Virus record (IMG/VR): IMGVR_UViG_3300030104_003133
Reading direction: 5' to 3' (one strand)
DNA from: an uncultured virus (IMG/VR IMGVR_UViG_3300030104_003133)
Taxonomy: Duplodnaviria > Heunggongvirae > Uroviricota > Caudoviricetes
Length of the DNA: 64,000 nucleotides
The position numbers and the translations under genes were made by a program. Shown here piece after piece: positions 10,932 to 20,563 of this stretch. How positions within the stretch are numbered: the first letter of the stretch is position 1; the number at the start of each line of letters is the position of its first letter. Below the pieces are notes generated by a model, which had not been told where the DNA came from, did no database searches, and saw only the letters and a program-made list of their open reading frames with translations.

Positions 10932-12877
10932 TCTACCACCGACACTACTCCCGCTTCTTGTAAATCTCTAATCATCTTGGTTGCTTTAGTAGCAGAACCA
11001 TCTCTTCTTTTTTCTGTATATACGAGTTTATCCTGATACGTCTTTGGCCTTGTGACAATATCTTCTACTCTTTCCTTTACTGCCGTTATGAATGCATCTA
11101 CTATTTCTTTGAAATTTGAAATGGCTGATGCCTTTACCTCATCGAATAAAACGTCCTCTTCTTCATATTCATCTGGGTTAAGCCAGTCTTGTATATTCTC
11201 ATACAAGTCTGTTTGACCATAATACCAATCTAGTAAGGCAATGATATGAAATATATCTAATACAGATAATCCGGCAACAGAAGATAAATCATAATCTTCA
11301 TCATATTCCTCTTCTATTTTATTCCAAGAACTATCATCAGTAGTTAATGTGACTTTTTCAGATTCACTTCTAAGTGTTCTAAAATCACGATTGAGTTTGT
11401 CCATAGTTTCTTTGTCTAAGCCCCTAACCTGCAACTTGTAGAACTCTCCTACTTTAGTGAATAATGAAACTCCTTGTTCTTCAGCCTCATCCATCAAGTC
11501 ATACATTGTGTCTGCCAAGGAATCAGGTATGTCCTTATACAGTTCCTCCAAAGCCTGTTTATGTGCAGACTTTGTATCATAGTCATCCATGTTGTCTTTG
11601 ATTGATTCAAGTTTCTTAGCCTCTTCCTCACTAAACATATTTTGCTTATCTACATAGAAATTGATTATGGTATCTAATGCTTCCTTTTTAGAACCACCCT
11701 GTCTATTCACTCTTCTAACAAATTCAGACATTCTTCCTTTTGCTGATTTACTAAACAGTTTTTGTAAATCCTTGAAATCATCTTCTCCTATTCCCTCTTC
11801 TTCTAAGTCAAATGGTTCTTCTCCCATTAGCACCAATCTAACGAAATTAGGAACTAGTTTTTCCTTGGTCTGTTTTACTCCCTCTTCCATCAATGAATTG
11901 ATATCTAAGGAAGGATTGACTAATATTGCCCTTAACGCAGATGGAATCAATACCTTTCCTTGTGGCATCAACAATGCTTTTCTTGCAGCCACCGTAGCAC
12001 CGGAACTTTTTAGATTAGGTTTAGGCATAAACTCAGAAGATTTTTTCCATCTTGGTTTTGTAAGCAATGATAGGTATTTTACTGCGTCTTCTCCGGTGTT
12101 AATGTTAACTGTAAATCTCTTATTCGTAAATGGGTCTGTTGCATCTTGGGCAGCCCTGCTAGTTAACAATCCAAATATAGCAACTAAAGGTGCTAACTGT
12201 ACCCTGCCTTCTGTTTTGTAACCTAAAGGTTTCTTTTTCTTTCCATCCATAAACCATGCTGATACTTTCTTGTAGTCGTTTACACTCATTCTATCTGGTA
12301 AATCAGTTACGAAGAATTTCTTGTCGTCAATCTCTTCTTGACTAATTTCTCCCTTGACATATTCTGGTGGTTCATCAACTGTCAATAGTTTTCTGCCAGA
12401 TGTATTTACCCAATAGAAGTTTTCCTTGTCTTCATTGATGAAGTTCTTAACATCATCTTCCAAATCCTTGACTGCCTTTATTTTCTCTCTAGAATTTCTT
12501 TGACGGCGTATTTCTGTTGTACCAATAAATTCTTTGAATCTATCCATATCTTCTTCTTCTAGGATAGTTTCTAATATTTTCTTCATCTTTCCTCTCATTT
12601 GTGCAGGGTGCATTTCTTTACGATAATCATCCAAGTATTCCTTAAGTGCCTTATACGCTTTCTTAGCATTCTCTTGGATGGCTGCCCTTTGGTCTGTTGA
12701 ATAACTAACGTTGGTGTTTCCTTCTGAAAGTTTCTTAGTTTCATCAACTGCATTCTTCAATCCTTTTTTGTCTGGTAGTTTAGCCATGCCGATTAGAACA
12801 TCTACGCCCTTTTCCTCAAGTAGCAAAGGTTCTATGCTATCTCTTGGGGGTAAAGCCTTCAATACTTCTAACCACAT
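10928..12877 (-). CDS. Large hypothetical protein with W-tag
   Basis: 649 aa, MWLEVLKA. Confidence 0.55.
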   Translation of the reverse strand: MWLEVLKALPPRDSIEPLLLEEKGVDVLIGMAKLPDKKGLKNAVDETKKLSEGNTNVSYSTDQRAAIQENAKKAYKALKEYLDDYRKEMHPAQMRGKMKKILETILEEEDMDRFKEFIGTTEIRRQRNSREKIKAVKDLEDDVKNFINEDKENFYWVNTSGRKLLTVDEPPEYVKGEISQEEIDDKKFFVTDLPDRMSVNDYKKVSAWFMDGKKKKPLGYKTEGRVQLAPLVAIFGLLTSRAAQDATDPFTNKRFTVNINTGEDAVKYLSLLTKPRWKKSSEFMPKPNLKSSGATVAARKALLMPQGKVLIPSALRAILVNPSLDINSLMEEGVKQTKEKLVPNFVRLVLMGEEPFDLEEEGIGEDDFKDLQKLFSKSAKGRMSEFVRRVNRQGGSKKEALDTIINFYVDKQNMFSEEEAKKLESIKDNMDDYDTKSAHKQALEELYKDIPDSLADTMYDLMDEAEEQGVSLFTKVGEFYKLQVRGLDKETMDKLNRDFRTLRSESEKVTLTTDDSSWNKIEEEYDEDYDLSSVAGLSVLDIFHIIALLDWYYGQTDLYENIQDWLNPDEYEEEDVLFDEVKASAISNFKEIVDAFITAVKERVEDIVTRPKTYQDKLVYTEKRRDGSATKATKMIRDLQEAGVVSVVE

Positions 12878-12883
12878 CTAAAT

Positions 12884-13792
12884 CTATCCTTCTGCTAATG
12901 CACCGCCCTCATACCCCATATATGGTGCATCAGGTTGCTTCAATACTTTCGCTTTGAAACCAAAAGGAATCATTTGTCCTTCTGGCCCTTCTTCCATTTC
13001 TTCACTCATGAAAACTGCTCTTGGCATATCAACCTGCATTGTTGCTTCTCGATAACCTTCTGGTGTTATTCTTGGATAGCCCCTATTACTAGGTGAAATG
13101 TCATCTCTCATTGAACCATAATCAACAAGTCCTTTTGATTCTAAGCCTCTAAGGTATTTACTATTACTTTCCTTTTGTAATGGCCCTATTCTAAATTCCT
13201 TAAACAAACGAATTCTATTCTTTCTTTCTCTAGGTTTCCTTTGTTCTGCGAATATACCTAAGATTGCTAATGCTGCGGCCTCACCATTGTTTAATTGATA
13301 ATTACTAGGGTTCTTCTCGAATTTATCCCTCATGTATTTCTCACCAACAACAAGGTTAGTTTCTGGTGGAATTGTAACTTCTATGTTTGGTCTTGCACCA
13401 TACTTGATTACTTCAACACCTATCTGATTTGGGGTTAATGATATAGAATTCATTCCCATACCCCATTGTACTTCTGTAACTGATTCAGGGTCATTAGGAT
13501 TCAAAGTATCTCTAGTTCTCATCATTTCCCAACCATCACCTACTAATTCACCGTTGGTGATATTCATTACTCCCCAAAAGCCAATGCCCGGCCCTTTCAA
13601 TTTAGGAGTGAATGTTTGGTCTTTCTCAAAGAATATCTTTCTTGATACAGTAGGCCATAGTTCTTCCCAAGGAGCATCTTTAGCATTGATTAACTCTTCC
13701 AAATAAGGAATGTCATCCTGTGCAAAGAATTTCCAAGTTGTTCCTCTAAATGTCTGTGGCGGAGGAGCCTTTACAATATCAAACCACTTCAT
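12884..13792 (-). CDS. Hypothetical protein with W-tag and wHTH-like segment
   Basis: MKWFDIVKA; LRGLESKGLVD...RITPEG. Confidence 0.55.
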   Translation of the reverse strand: MKWFDIVKAPPPQTFRGTTWKFFAQDDIPYLEELINAKDAPWEELWPTVSRKIFFEKDQTFTPKLKGPGIGFWGVMNITNGELVGDGWEMMRTRDTLNPNDPESVTEVQWGMGMNSISLTPNQIGVEVIKYGARPNIEVTIPPETNLVVGEKYMRDKFEKNPSNYQLNNGEAAALAILGIFAEQRKPRERKNRIRLFKEFRIGPLQKESNSKYLRGLESKGLVDYGSMRDDISPSNRGYPRITPEGYREATMQVDMPRAVFMSEEMEEGPEGQMIPFGFKAKVLKQPDAPYMGYEGGALAEG

Positions 13793-14100
13793 CTTCTCAC
13801 CTGATTAAACCAATTTCTTCTCGCTTCAGTTCCTTGTGTTGTTAATACCTGTCTAAGATTAGCGAGTCTTTCTCTATCTTTTGCTCCTTGTCCCATTACT
13901 GACATTAACGTATGATATGCTACACCAAAAGTACCTGTTTCCTTTTGTGCGTCTATTAGTGAATCAACCAATGCAATTAAGTCAATACCTCTTTGTGTTC
14001 TTTTAGGTGGTCTTCTCTTAATTTGTTCAACTAACTCGTCGTAACCCATAGATGTTAACTCATCTAAAATCTGTTCGTAATCAACTGAATAGTCCCTCAT
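13789..14100 (-). CDS. Hypothetical protein
   Basis: Start re-called at MRDYSVDY, just after the stop of the upstream micro-ORF. Confidence 0.5.
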   Translation of the reverse strand: MRDYSVDYEQILDELTSMGYDELVEQIKRRPPKRTQRGIDLIALVDSLIDAQKETGTFGVAYHTLMSVMGQGAKDRERLANLRQVLTTQGTEARRNWFNQVRR

Positions 14101-14101
14101 C

Positions 14102-14278
14102 TTACGAATCATACTTGAATCTCCTATTAAGCATTTCTTTTCTGGCTTCACAACCACAATCATGTCCAGTTTTTTCTGATACATAATCAACGGCCTTCTT
14201 TATTCCAGTTTTAGTAGTTATTCTTTCTATGGTATCACCAAGACCTTTATCTTGTTTTAACAACTTTTTCCAACTCAT
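14102..14278 (-). CDS. 58-aa phage protein with GLGDT...DCGC..RK..LN motif and W-tag
   Basis: Own translation MSWKKLLKQDKGLGDTIERITTKTGIKKAVDYVSEKTGHDCGCEARKEMLNRRFKYDS. Confidence 0.65.
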   Translation of the reverse strand: MSWKKLLKQDKGLGDTIERITTKTGIKKAVDYVSEKTGHDCGCEARKEMLNRRFKYDS

Positions 14279-14354
14279 TCTATATCCACCTCATCAAAAT
14301 CTTCAAACATTTCAGACAAACATCTAATGAACATTCCACAACTTGTGTACCACT

Positions 14355-15029
14355 TCATTGCATTTTCTCCTCCATTTTTGATTTAACGTCTAACCATACT
14401 TGAGGGTGATTTTGTGCTAATACTTCTTGAACTATTTGCATTTGTGCTACAATAACTGTATCTTGTCTTTTATGAATAAGTTTTCCTTTGAACTCCATTA
14501 GGTATCTTAGACTTTCTCTAATCTCTTTAGCCATCTTAGTCAAACTATCTACATATTTAGGGTTCATATCTTCTTGGTCAAATAATATGTCTATTTTTTG
14601 TTCCAGTCTTGATATGTTCCTAGATAGCGACTCAATCTCATCTACTTCTCTCATGGCTATAATATTTGCCGCCGACCTTTGTACTAGTGGTTGAAGATGT
14701 TTTGTCATATGTCGCTTTACTTGTTCTTCCGAACAACCCGCCATTTCTGCTACTGCACTAGGAGTAATATGCCCTTGACCTAACTGTTCTTCAATAAGGG
14801 GTCTTAACTCATGAGTACATAATTTACATCTAGGATTAGAAGCATCGTGATAATCGCCCATATGATTTCTCATGTGTTTAGCGGTTGTTCCACTAGGCCA
14901 ACCTTCCATCTTGTCTAAATCATCAGGTGCAATATTTAGCGTTTCTAATTGCGCCTCTAAATCATCACGGTTTTCGTGATTACATAATCTACATCTTCTT
15001 CTGGTTACGATACTAACATCTCCTTCCAT
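14355..15029 (-). CDS. Protein with two tandem C-x2-C-x-H...H-x3-H zinc modules and a coiled coil; candidate terminase small subunit
   Basis: CRLCNH..KHMRNH and CKLCTH..RHMTKH repeats. Confidence 0.5.
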   Translation of the reverse strand: MEGDVSIVTRRRCRLCNHENRDDLEAQLETLNIAPDDLDKMEGWPSGTTAKHMRNHMGDYHDASNPRCKLCTHELRPLIEEQLGQGHITPSAVAEMAGCSEEQVKRHMTKHLQPLVQRSAANIIAMREVDEIESLSRNISRLEQKIDILFDQEDMNPKYVDSLTKMAKEIRESLRYLMEFKGKLIHKRQDTVIVAQMQIVQEVLAQNHPQVWLDVKSKMEEKMQ

Positions 15030-16180
15030 GACTTCTTTACTTCTTTCTTCTTCTTCTTTTCACTAGGAGGGGTATATCCCTTTAGATAGACTGGGCCTTT
15101 TGGCGACCTTCTACCTACTTTACCTGTGGCTACGAATAAATTCTTAACCATTCCTCTAGTTATATCTAATGAATATCCTTTTATTTTACCTAGTAACTCT
15201 TTATCAACACCATACACATCTTTTATTTTCTTAGATTCAGCAGGGCTTTCTGCGATAAAGGATAATCTATTCTTAAACAACCTAGAGATTTGGTCATCTC
15301 TAATATTACCTGTTTTTGGATTTACACCTTGACCTATATCAGTAGATGTACCTAATAGATTTAGAATAGTTTCTCTAATGTCTGGTATATCATATAATTC
15401 TTTAGCAAGTCCTCCTCTTGCTACTCCTCTTAATACTAGTTTTATGTGGTCTACTTCCACATCATCAATCATATCTTCTGCGGTTTCCAAAACAGATAGT
15501 AATCCTACCTTAATATCTTTACCAGAATCACCATCAGTTGAAAATAACGCTTGCCACATAGGAGGCTTTGACTTGTTCTTATCTTTCTCATAGTAAGAAG
15601 AATCTACTGCCGGAATATCTTCTTCAAATTTTTTGTTATCAAATACTTTAGCCTTAAGGTTTCTAAATTTAACATAATCAGGAGTTCGATAATGACCATA
15701 ATATCTTGTGGTATGCTTCTTTTCATCATAAGCAGCAGTTTTCTTATTGACTCTTCTATACATTGGAACAGTAAATGGAATGTTTCTTGGGTCTGCATCA
15801 GTATTAGCAATATCTTCAAGTTGTTTCTTTGCATCTAAAACATCATCTTTAAACGATTCAGTCAATAAGGCGTTATCTCCTACTATGTCATCTATTTCTT
15901 TCAAAAGTTTTCCAATGCCTTCATCTTCACTTACAGGGTTTTTTGCCTGTGGTCTTTGTGCCGTTGGTAATCCATGCTTAGAGATAACCTTGAAAAGATT
16001 CTCTCCTCCCTTTACTCCCATTTCTTTTGCACTCATGCCTACGCATGATGCTTTCCATTTAGTATAAACAGACTTAAACTGCTCAATATCAAAGGTTTGA
16101 GTAACAACTACATCATCGCCTTTGTCATTAGTCATTCTGACTGTTCTTTTTGATTTCTTAGTCTTTGGCAATTTCTTCAT
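15005..16180 (-). CDS. Basic hypothetical protein
   Basis: 391-aa ORF in the operon; ends KSWKEMLVS. Confidence 0.5.
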   Translation of the reverse strand: MKKLPKTKKSKRTVRMTNDKGDDVVVTQTFDIEQFKSVYTKWKASCVGMSAKEMGVKGGENLFKVISKHGLPTAQRPQAKNPVSEDEGIGKLLKEIDDIVGDNALLTESFKDDVLDAKKQLEDIANTDADPRNIPFTVPMYRRVNKKTAAYDEKKHTTRYYGHYRTPDYVKFRNLKAKVFDNKKFEEDIPAVDSSYYEKDKNKSKPPMWQALFSTDGDSGKDIKVGLLSVLETAEDMIDDVEVDHIKLVLRGVARGGLAKELYDIPDIRETILNLLGTSTDIGQGVNPKTGNIRDDQISRLFKNRLSFIAESPAESKKIKDVYGVDKELLGKIKGYSLDITRGMVKNLFVATGKVGRRSPKGPVYLKGYTPPSEKKKKKEVKKSWKEMLVS

Positions 16181-16310
16181 CCTCCTCTTCTTCTTGTAGA
16201 AGGTTCTTCTTGTCTACCTTCTTTCCGTATCTAATATTGAATAGGGGATTAGAACCATGACTACCAAAGGAAACTGCTCCCCCTTCTTTGATTACGTCCC
16301 ACCACTTCAT
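16158..16310 (-). CDS. 50-aa microprotein with W-tag
   Basis: Own translation MKWWDVIKEGGAVSFGSHGSNPLFNIRYGKK...; TAATG coupling. Confidence 0.55.
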   Translation of the reverse strand: MKWWDVIKEGGAVSFGSHGSNPLFNIRYGKKVDKKNLLQEEEEDEEIAKD

Positions 16311-16630
16311 TACCATTCACCTATGAATACATTTTTTCTAGCCAATGCCTTTCTAGCGTTTGTTCTCATTCCTTGACAGGCTTCACTTCTGGCTATTTTA
16401 TTACTTGGAAACCCTGTGGAAACTATGAATTTTACCTCACTCATTTTAGCAGGTAATTCATCTCCTGTATATGTGGCTCTAAACTGAAAATGCTGCTTTT
16501 TAGTAACAACAACATCATCAACTACAACACCATCTAATTCTTCTAGGCAACCTTTCAGTTCCTCAAGTTTCTTTTTGGAAACATATCTGCCTCCTCTCTT
16601 AAGGACTGACCACCACTTCATTTTAATCAC
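16310..16630 (-). CDS. W-tag protein, possibly HicA-like fold
   Basis: MKWWSVLKR; KKQHFQF...VSTGFPS. Confidence 0.4.
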   Translation of the reverse strand: MIKMKWWSVLKRGGRYVSKKKLEELKGCLEELDGVVVDDVVVTKKQHFQFRATYTGDELPAKMSEVKFIVSTGFPSNKIARSEACQGMRTNARKALARKNVFIGEW

Positions 16631-16932
16631 TCTAATTCTTCTATTCTAGAAAGTGCATCAGATACACTACGAAGTTGTTCTTCGAGATTCTTTACTTGTA
16701 GTTGCTTTGTGTTACGATAATGCATTTCTGCTTCATCTATCATCTGGTCAACCATTTGCCTCATATCTGCCACGTTCTCATTTTGCCTAAATACTTGAGG
16801 AAAAGACCTTTGGATATTAACCAATGTCGTCTTTAACCCTTGATAATTAGGTACAGGTTTATTCATCATTGCTTCGAGTTCCCTCGCCAATACACCTGCA
16901 TCTTTCAATACATCTCTCCAATTATTCATCAT
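16627..16932 (-). CDS. Helical W-tag protein
   Basis: MNNWRDVLKD. Confidence 0.5.
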   Translation of the reverse strand: MMNNWRDVLKDAGVLARELEAMMNKPVPNYQGLKTTLVNIQRSFPQVFRQNENVADMRQMVDQMIDEAEMHYRNTKQLQVKNLEEQLRSVSDALSRIEELE

Positions 16933-18461
16933 TCTTCCTCCTGTTCAAAACCAAACCTTTCTACTTTCTTTCCTTCTGTCTGTTCCCTGTAATCCCTGAA
17001 TCTTTCACGAAGCCTTTCATTTCGTGTCATTTCTTCAGGTGCAGGTATATTTCCAGCACCAGTAGGAGTTGCTACATCTTCCTTTACATCTTCTGTAAAG
17101 CCTTTTACATCTCTTTGGCAGTTTTGATAGTGTTCATATAATGTTGGTGATTGTATGCCCAAGATTTTCTTTTGTTGTGGAGTCAACAGTTTCTTTGGTT
17201 TAATGTCTACTTCAACTAACTCAAATTCATTTGTTTCCATGCTTCTACTTAATTGGTCACAAGTCAATTGTTTCTCGGATAGTTGTTCTCTTATCTCATA
17301 TTCTGATAAGCCAAGATAGTCACCTGCTTCAGAATAAATATATCTAAACAATAAGTTTCTGAGTTCATCACAACATGGGTCAACGTTTGGTTTTGCTACC
17401 ATAAGACGCTTGTAGTATTCTTTTGCATCTTGTTTTCTTCCACCTGTTCCTCTCATCACCCTTTTCCACTTTGGGTTTATTCGCTTAACTCTTTCATCGG
17501 GGTCAACGTCCTTGTCTTCATCTTCATCATCTCCCATGTCAAAGATTTTTAGGACTTCCATCCACTTCTTCATATCTACTGTTGGCATCTTAACATACAA
17601 CCCCTGTCTTTTCTTTTCTGGTATTGAATCTAATAATTCACCTAGATACTCATACATTGCAGAATTACTTTCGATTTTCTGGTCATTGTATCTCATCAAC
17701 CCAAGTGCCTCTAGGGATTCTGCTACTTTAGGGTTTACTGCATTGGCAACATGTATGTATCTCTTGAAAGAATCTGGTTCATTTTCATACATGAATTTAG
17801 TGAAATTAATTCCTGCACTATATTTTAGTATCTTTTTGTAAGCCTCATCCTTTTCTGGTGTCCATTGTAGTTTGTCTAAAATTTCTTTCTCTTGTCTTCT
17901 GAACTGACCATTCTTGTATAATTCAGGATAATTGGCTTTCATCCATTGACTTTGACTTTCAGGAGTCATAGCGTCATCTGTGGTTAAATTATATCCTACT
18001 GGAATAGGTTGACTTCTGTTTGATGGACTTACAGTAAATGGAATAGGATTCATCTTGAGTCTATCAATAAGTTCCTGTACTTGGCTAAAGAAAGGTTTGC
18101 CCATCAGTCTTCCTCTTTCTGTCATTCCTCCTTTTCTACCAGTAGTTTCCATAGAATCTGATTCAGGTGCATGTTTCATTTTGTCTTTCATTGAAACTAA
18201 TCCCATGTATAGTAATACCCTGCCTCCTTTGATTGCTACTGTTCTTACTGCCAATGGATGTTTAATCCCTTCATCTTCTACAAAATAAACGTAGGAAACC
18301 ATCTTTTCTGGTTTGAATAGTTTGAACAGTAGTGTTCCTCCACTACTTCTAAACGCAGCCTTTGGAAATGCCTGTATTGGATTATAACCAAATCTCTTGA
18401 GATATTGATATATCATCTGTTGTGCTTCTTCCTCACTCATTATCTCTATGTCGTATTTCAT
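16929..18461 (-). CDS. Hypothetical protein with an internal W-tag
   Basis: 510 aa; internal MKKWMEVLK. Confidence 0.5.
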   Translation of the reverse strand: MKYDIEIMSEEEAQQMIYQYLKRFGYNPIQAFPKAAFRSSGGTLLFKLFKPEKMVSYVYFVEDEGIKHPLAVRTVAIKGGRVLLYMGLVSMKDKMKHAPESDSMETTGRKGGMTERGRLMGKPFFSQVQELIDRLKMNPIPFTVSPSNRSQPIPVGYNLTTDDAMTPESQSQWMKANYPELYKNGQFRRQEKEILDKLQWTPEKDEAYKKILKYSAGINFTKFMYENEPDSFKRYIHVANAVNPKVAESLEALGLMRYNDQKIESNSAMYEYLGELLDSIPEKKRQGLYVKMPTVDMKKWMEVLKIFDMGDDEDEDKDVDPDERVKRINPKWKRVMRGTGGRKQDAKEYYKRLMVAKPNVDPCCDELRNLLFRYIYSEAGDYLGLSEYEIREQLSEKQLTCDQLSRSMETNEFELVEVDIKPKKLLTPQQKKILGIQSPTLYEHYQNCQRDVKGFTEDVKEDVATPTGAGNIPAPEEMTRNERLRERFRDYREQTEGKKVERFGFEQEEE

Positions 18462-18821
18462 TCAATCCCTCCTGTAATAAGTGGTCTTGCCTGTTCTACC
18501 AACAGAAGACTGTTCTTTAGTGTATAAACCATAATCATCTATTCTATTCTTTATGACCTGTTCTAGATTTGATATATCATACTTAAGACCCGGATTTACT
18601 TTCTTTACCGCTTTAGACAAATCAGACAATGAATACCATTCACCCTCTTTCATTACGTCTTTTACCTGCTTGTTAAGTAAGTCGTAGAATTCTATGCTTC
18701 TCTTTCCATGCTTCTTGCGAATGTAGTCAAGATGCTTCATGTCATTGGGTTCTGCATACTTCTCAGCAAGAAGTTCAAACTCCTTCATTTCTGAAGACTT
18801 TACTAAATTAAACCAAGTCAT
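18462..18821 (-). CDS. W-tag winged-helix-like protein
   Basis: MTWFNLVKS; EWYSLSDL...GKTTYYR. Confidence 0.5.
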   Translation of the reverse strand: MTWFNLVKSSEMKEFELLAEKYAEPNDMKHLDYIRKKHGKRSIEFYDLLNKQVKDVMKEGEWYSLSDLSKAVKKVNPGLKYDISNLEQVIKNRIDDYGLYTKEQSSVGRTGKTTYYRRD

Positions 18822-19261
18822 TCCTCTTCCCTCCCATGCATTCTATCGAATTGTCTAGCAAGTTCAGGATTGTAACATGGATTATCTACTACCCTTATTC
18901 CATCGAATCTTATTTGTTCAGGTTTGATTGTTTCAAATGTCTGATATACCTTAGTGTCCATAGTGTATGGAGTTTCATCTAATTTTGCACCTAGTAATTC
19001 TAACATATACGGGCTATGGTCTGTTGCAGGTCTATGTGTCTTGGTGTCTGCTATGTACGGTATAACCATAACTTTCTTTGTCTGATGTTTAGTCATACAA
19101 ATCCACATAGTAGATAGTTGTCCGTCTTCTGATGAATAGATGCCATCAAAACTAGGAACAATGCCTTTTCTCATAATGGATGCTAGATTCTTATAATCGG
19201 TAGCATGGTAGAATACCTCACGCTCCTTAAGAATCATTTTCCAACCCACCTTAATCACCAA
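18818..19261 (-). CDS. ADP-ribosyltransferase/Tpt1-like fold protein with W-tag
   Basis: FYHATDYKNLASIMRKGI...GIYSS. Confidence 0.6.
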   Translation of the reverse strand: MVIKVGWKMILKEREVFYHATDYKNLASIMRKGIVPSFDGIYSSEDGQLSTMWICMTKHQTKKVMVIPYIADTKTHRPATDHSPYMLELLGAKLDETPYTMDTKVYQTFETIKPEQIRFDGIRVVDNPCYNPELARQFDRMHGREEE

Positions 19262-19518
19262 TCTCTACAAGCCATACATCTAGCGGAGTAATCACTTCTT
19301 TTACAAGATGAACAATTGTGCCTTGCTCTAAACGACGTTCTCCTCTTTCCTTTTCTCTTACCAGAAACGGTTACTCCTCTTTGACCCCAATGTACTCTCT
19401 TATACCCACCTTTACCATTAGGAACACACTTCATCCATTTCTTACCCTTACGAGTAGAAGATGTTTTCTTGGTGGCTCTAGTGCATCTATCGCCTTTTAA
19501 TACAGAATACCATCTCAT
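19255..19518 (-). CDS. Small basic Cys-rich phage protein with W-tag
   Basis: MRWYSVLKG; VHWGQRG..SFRARHNC. Confidence 0.55.
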   Translation of the reverse strand: MRWYSVLKGDRCTRATKKTSSTRKGKKWMKCVPNGKGGYKRVHWGQRGVTVSGKRKGKRRTSFRARHNCSSCKRSDYSARCMACRDW

Positions 19519-20369
19519 CTTGACCCCTTCCTCCTCTTATACGTCTTACAGGCAGAACAAGTTGGACGACATCTTCTTTTAGTACCTTTTGAGGCATCCT
19601 TTCTACCACAAGGCTTAGGGCCGTTTTTACTTCCACAAGTAGAACAGTCTATCCATCCTCCTTGCGTCTTCTTTCCTTTTCCTTCCTTACCGCCCCTTCT
19701 TGAGAACCATCCATGTAAACCGGATTCTTTCTCTCGCTTGAATCCATCTCCTTTCTTGCTGAGTATGTCGCTCCATTTCTCAATCTTGGTTGTAGATAGA
19801 TATGCATCTGCAATCATCTTACCTACTTTCTCTCCGACTTCTATATCACTTGGAAAATGATTACCCATCTGAAGTCTTGACTTTGCTATCTTAGCAGCCA
19901 TCTTGTCAAGTTCATCTTTCTTGTCTGGATATCTTTCTCCTAATACTTCTGCTAAAGCGTAGGCTTCTATTGCATGACCACTAGGAAATGATGGACTGTC
20001 ATCTGTATCTGTAATAGATTTGATTTTGTCACTATATTCATATGGTCTTTGTCTACCATACTTCATCTTGAGTTTGATTGTATGGATATCCACATCTTCT
20101 ATGAATCTCTTCCAGTCATCCATGTCTTCATCAACAATGTCTAACATCATCCTGTGGTTATTCTCATCTAAGTTTCTTTGATTTTCTTTATCTAAGTCAT
20201 TATCTTTGACTGCCTCTAGAACCTGCTCTATTTCACTTTCATTGCTTGGGTGTTTCAATTCTGGGAAATCAACCTTGAACGATGGCTCCGAATTAAGAAG
20301 TTTCTTTTTATCTGCGGGTAATTCTTTTACCCACTTAGATTCTTCTTTCAGAACCATCATCCAATTCAT
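19515..20369 (-). CDS. PAP2-family phosphatase with a basic Cys-rich C-terminal domain
   Basis: K-x6-RP, PSFPSGH and SR-x5-H-x3-D motifs; MNWMMVLKE. Confidence 0.8.
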   Translation of the reverse strand: MNWMMVLKEESKWVKELPADKKKLLNSEPSFKVDFPELKHPSNESEIEQVLEAVKDNDLDKENQRNLDENNHRMMLDIVDEDMDDWKRFIEDVDIHTIKLKMKYGRQRPYEYSDKIKSITDTDDSPSFPSGHAIEAYALAEVLGERYPDKKDELDKMAAKIAKSRLQMGNHFPSDIEVGEKVGKMIADAYLSTTKIEKWSDILSKKGDGFKREKESGLHGWFSRRGGKEGKGKKTQGGWIDCSTCGSKNGPKPCGRKDASKGTKRRCRPTCSACKTYKRRKGSR

Positions 20370-20563
20370 TTCTTACTATTCCCCCAATTGGCTGCACCAA
20401 CTTTTCTGCATTGTACTAATGCCCCACTAGCATAAGCAGAAGGCCATTTCTTGTATCGGCTTCTAACTTTGTAATAACAAGCATCTTGCTTTTTACCCGA
20501 CCTTTGGGTTTTACGTCTGCGGGCTTTTTTCTTTTTAGCCTTAACTACATCAAACCAAGTCAT
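20366..20563 (-). CDS. Small basic phage protein with W-tag
   Basis: MTWFDVVKA; DACYYKV..WPSAYASGALVQCRK. Confidence 0.6.
   Translation of the reverse strand: MTWFDVVKAKKKKARRRKTQRSGKKQDACYYKVRSRYKKWPSAYASGALVQCRKVGAANWGNSKK

Noticed and set aside
14101..14190. N-terminal extension of the 13789 ORF, or a frameshift there
   Set aside because: The region is explained by the intact 58-aa ORF 14102-14278 in another frame
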